Shown: positions 61,852 through 64,000 of the stretch, one piece after another
Position numbering within the stretch: position 1 is the stretch's first letter
Layout of the letters: every line of letters begins with the position of its first letter
NCBI GenBank assembly: GCA_963662795.1
Contig: OY759746.1
Location: forward strand, 1,888,001-1,952,000
DNA from: Spirochaetia bacterium
GTDB lineage: Bacteria > Spirochaetota > Spirochaetia > CADAEX01
Reading direction: 5' to 3'
DNA length: 64,000 bases
Program-made: the position numbers and the translations under genes
Notes under the pieces: generated by a model
The model's database searches: none
Seen by the model: the letters and a program-made list of their open reading frames with translations, nothing else
Told to the model about the DNA's origin: nothing

Positions 61852-62445
61852 ATGTTAATATGCAATTCATTTTGTCCTGATGTGGATCAAGTAAAACATT
61901 TTCAAAAAAATAAGGTAAATAATGAAAATATCAAAATGATCATAATATCAGAATCAGTACCCAAAAATATAACGGATTATTTTGACGGGAAAGGAGTTCC
62001 TGCATTTATTAAGAATACAAATACTTTATTTAATCAAATCGGATATGATTATAAAACATATGATGACTATTTAAGTAATGGTATTTATTTAACAACGGCA
62101 ATAAAATGTATAAAAAAAGGATATTTAGTATCAATAAAAACAATAGAAGAATGTTCATATATTCTGGAAAAGGAAATAATGTCTTTTATTAATGTAAAAG
62201 TAATAATGCTGATGGGTGATTTTGCTATTAAATCTATAAATTACATATGGAAAAGAAAATATAAGCAAAAAGTATTACCAAACGGTGCGACTTATAAAAT
62301 TAGAAATGAAAAATATATATATAATGGAGTAAGGTTTATACCTTCATATACACAAACAGGAGATAGTTTTGGTATTGAAAAAAGTAAAGTATTAATGATG
62401 AAAGAAGATCTAGAACAAGGAATGAAAATAATTAAAGAAAAATGA
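61852..62445 (+). CDS. Uracil-DNA glycosylase superfamily protein
   Basis: IISES.P, YLTTAIKC, LEKEI, MLMGD.A. Confidence 0.75.
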   Translation: MLICNSFCPDVDQVKHFQKNKVNNENIKMIIISESVPKNITDYFDGKGVPAFIKNTNTLFNQIGYDYKTYDDYLSNGIYLTTAIKCIKKGYLVSIKTIEECSYILEKEIMSFINVKVIMLMGDFAIKSINYIWKRKYKQKVLPNGATYKIRNEKYIYNGVRFIPSYTQTGDSFGIEKSKVLMMKEDLEQGMKIIKEK

Positions 62446-62542
62446 ACAGGAAATATATATAGGTATAGTGTAATTACCTAACAGTTTAAGAAGTCCAGCC
62501 TTGGCTCCGCCGAGCGGCTTGGACAAGAAGCGGGAACACTGC

Positions 62543-62715
62543 TTATAACAGCGGTTCAAACGCTACGCTCGGAGTACCTCGCTTGGCCTTCGGCATATTT
62601 TATTATCATTCAATCAAAAAAATCTGTGTTTTCTTCTTTTCAAGTGTATTAAACAAACAAAAAAGATTTATAGAGTTTGAGCCATAAAACATCGCTTAAC
62701 CGCGGAACGTTATAT
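62543..62715 (+). repeat. attC-like site 37 (AGCGGTT core)
   Basis: TTATAAC...GTTATAT. Confidence 0.85.
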
Positions 62716-62811
62716 GCAATACGACCCCAAGAGGAAATCGCCCGGACCTCCGGCCCGCGGGCGAGAAAAATGATTAGCTTTATGAGACACTCTATATATA
62801 AAATCCATAGA

Positions 62812-62836
62812 TTTTTAGTTATTTAATATGTTAAAA
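62812..62836 (+). other. Internal attI-like site (third copy)
   Basis: TTTTTAGTTATTTAATATG|TTAAAA, in a cassette with the same start barcode as the carrier at 3796. Confidence 0.6.
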
Positions 62837-62923
62837 ACACAATAGTTTTAGATATTCATAAAGGGAGTGCTGTTTAGTACTGTATAGTTCAAAATTAACC
62901 CGGAGTGGATGTTCGTGGTGTAA

Positions 62924-63883
62924 ATGAGCTTGCTTCCATTACTCTTGGAAAGGGATGAAAATATGCCAAATAGTTATAACTTTACATTTAAACCAATAAC
63001 TGGATTTGACCTCAATGATGTAAAAGAAATTACTAAAAATTTAAATGCTGCTAGACCTGAAGATATTACTCCAAAAGAAGCTGAGCGCACCGTATCTCAA
63101 TTATCCGTTTATCATTTCCAGTGGCCATACAAAATGACAGGCCAGAATTTCCCAATGTGGAGGATAAGAACTAACGACTACATCTTGCAGCGGTTTAAAG
63201 AAGCAAAAGAACTGGGTTACCCTCAACAAGTAAATAAAATTGAATATGGTAGAGCAAACGCAGAAAAAGAAACAATGTTTTATGCAGCGTCCTCACCTTT
63301 CACCGCAAGCATGGAGACTCGTCTGACGGCAGGAAAATCCTTTCATTTAACTAAATTTGAAGTCAAAAAAGGTGATACTTTAAATGTTGGCATGATAGGT
63401 GAGCTTGACCGCTATTGGCGAACAGGGCAAACCATCACCGAGAATAAAACCTATACATATCACTACGATAAGTTCTTCGAAATACTGAAGCAAAAAAAAC
63501 AAGAAGAGCTGATAGAATGTTTTGCGATTATTGATGCCTTCTACGCCTCTTGGATGGAAAAAAAAGGCAAAGAGAATTACATCATGACAGCGGCGATTAC
63601 TAGGCAATTATTCAAAGATAAAACCTTCGACGCCCTATGCTATCCAAGTGTATTGGATGAGAATGGAGTTAATATTGTAATTAAGCCAACGTCATATGAC
63701 GATTTGATCAAACCTATAACTACCTCCACATATCTTGCCGGAGTATGTGGTGCAGATAAGAAATGGAGTATGCTACCCCTTGTAAAAGCTGAAAGCATTC
63801 AATCAAATGGTTTAATCATATGGCCAAAAGATGCTGAAGTTATTATTACGGAAAAGTTACATCAAGAGTCAATAGAGCTATAG
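62924..63883 (+). CDS. RES domain protein
   Basis: WRIR, GRAN....MFYAA....A..E, FDALCYPSV...NIVI. Confidence 0.78.
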   Translation: MSLLPLLLERDENMPNSYNFTFKPITGFDLNDVKEITKNLNAARPEDITPKEAERTVSQLSVYHFQWPYKMTGQNFPMWRIRTNDYILQRFKEAKELGYPQQVNKIEYGRANAEKETMFYAASSPFTASMETRLTAGKSFHLTKFEVKKGDTLNVGMIGELDRYWRTGQTITENKTYTYHYDKFFEILKQKKQEELIECFAIIDAFYASWMEKKGKENYIMTAAITRQLFKDKTFDALCYPSVLDENGVNIVIKPTSYDDLIKPITTSTYLAGVCGADKKWSMLPLVKAESIQSNGLIIWPKDAEVIITEKLHQESIEL

Positions 63884-64000
63884 TAAAATGGGAATTATAT
63901 TTATAGATTTTGCATAGAACCGAAATATCAAAAAAAGGGATATGTATTTATTGAAATAGTACACCTATGTATTAGTAAAAATATTAAACTTTAAGTCCCG

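Larger units (their letters stand above)
1..64000 (+). mobile_element. Integron gene-cassette array (superintegron or CALIN segment; 38 cassettes, no intI in window)
   Basis: 37 related GC-rich imperfect palindromes bounded by ...AAC (R'') and GTT... (R') alternate with units of 0-3 genes that are almost all co-oriented; cargo includes TA, R-M and GNAT genes typical of integron arrays. Confidence 0.92.

Noticed and set aside
3010-62715. CRISPR array or REP/BIME interpretation of the repeats
   Set aside because: Units are ~300 bp composite palindromes separated by whole genes and bounded by AAC/GTT cores; no cas or RAYT gene is present
71-63607. Short antisense or alternate-frame ORFs inside long genes
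   Set aside because: Shadow ORFs of AT-rich coding sequence with no recognisable motifs
1-64000. Integron integrase, reverse transcriptase, rRNA or tRNA genes
   Set aside because: No tyrosine-recombinase or RT (YADD-type) motifs and no recognisable structural RNA genes were seen; the enzymes serving the array must lie outside the window

Overview
AT-rich window lying entirely inside a large integron-type gene-cassette array; no integrase gene is present in the window. The host may be a spirochaete, judging from lipobox signals and a spirochaete-like FlgC motif (inference). I count 37 long (about 150-195 bp) GC-rich attC-like sites separating 38 cassettes, two of them cut by the window edges. 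Nearly all genes are on the + strand. The cargo is mostly anti-phage/conflict genes (PHP-ATPase, OLD nuclease, two TIR proteins, two R-M systems, GHKL nuclease, PRTase-NADAR, PLD, RES, NucS-like), four toxin-antitoxin pairs, lipoproteins and GNATs, plus one intact IS4-family element. The unusual part is the cassette architecture. (1) The first ~20 nt of each cassette are complementary to its own last ~20 nt, well beyond the 7-bp R'/R'' cores. About 16 such end-'barcode' variants occur, and 35 of the 36 complete cassettes have matching ends. (2) Both cassette ends carry AAGA linkers and hairpins, most with bottom-strand GGA loops; cGNAg triloops recur inside the attC arms. (3) Several cassettes are carriers with an internal attI-like site (...TAATATG|TT) into which cassettes with ordinary, canonical attC sites have integrated, and these inner sites show successive stages of decay. 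Together this suggests a two-tier, nested integron that may convert foreign cassettes into host-type cassettes. Protein calls come from motif recognition only; no database searches were run.
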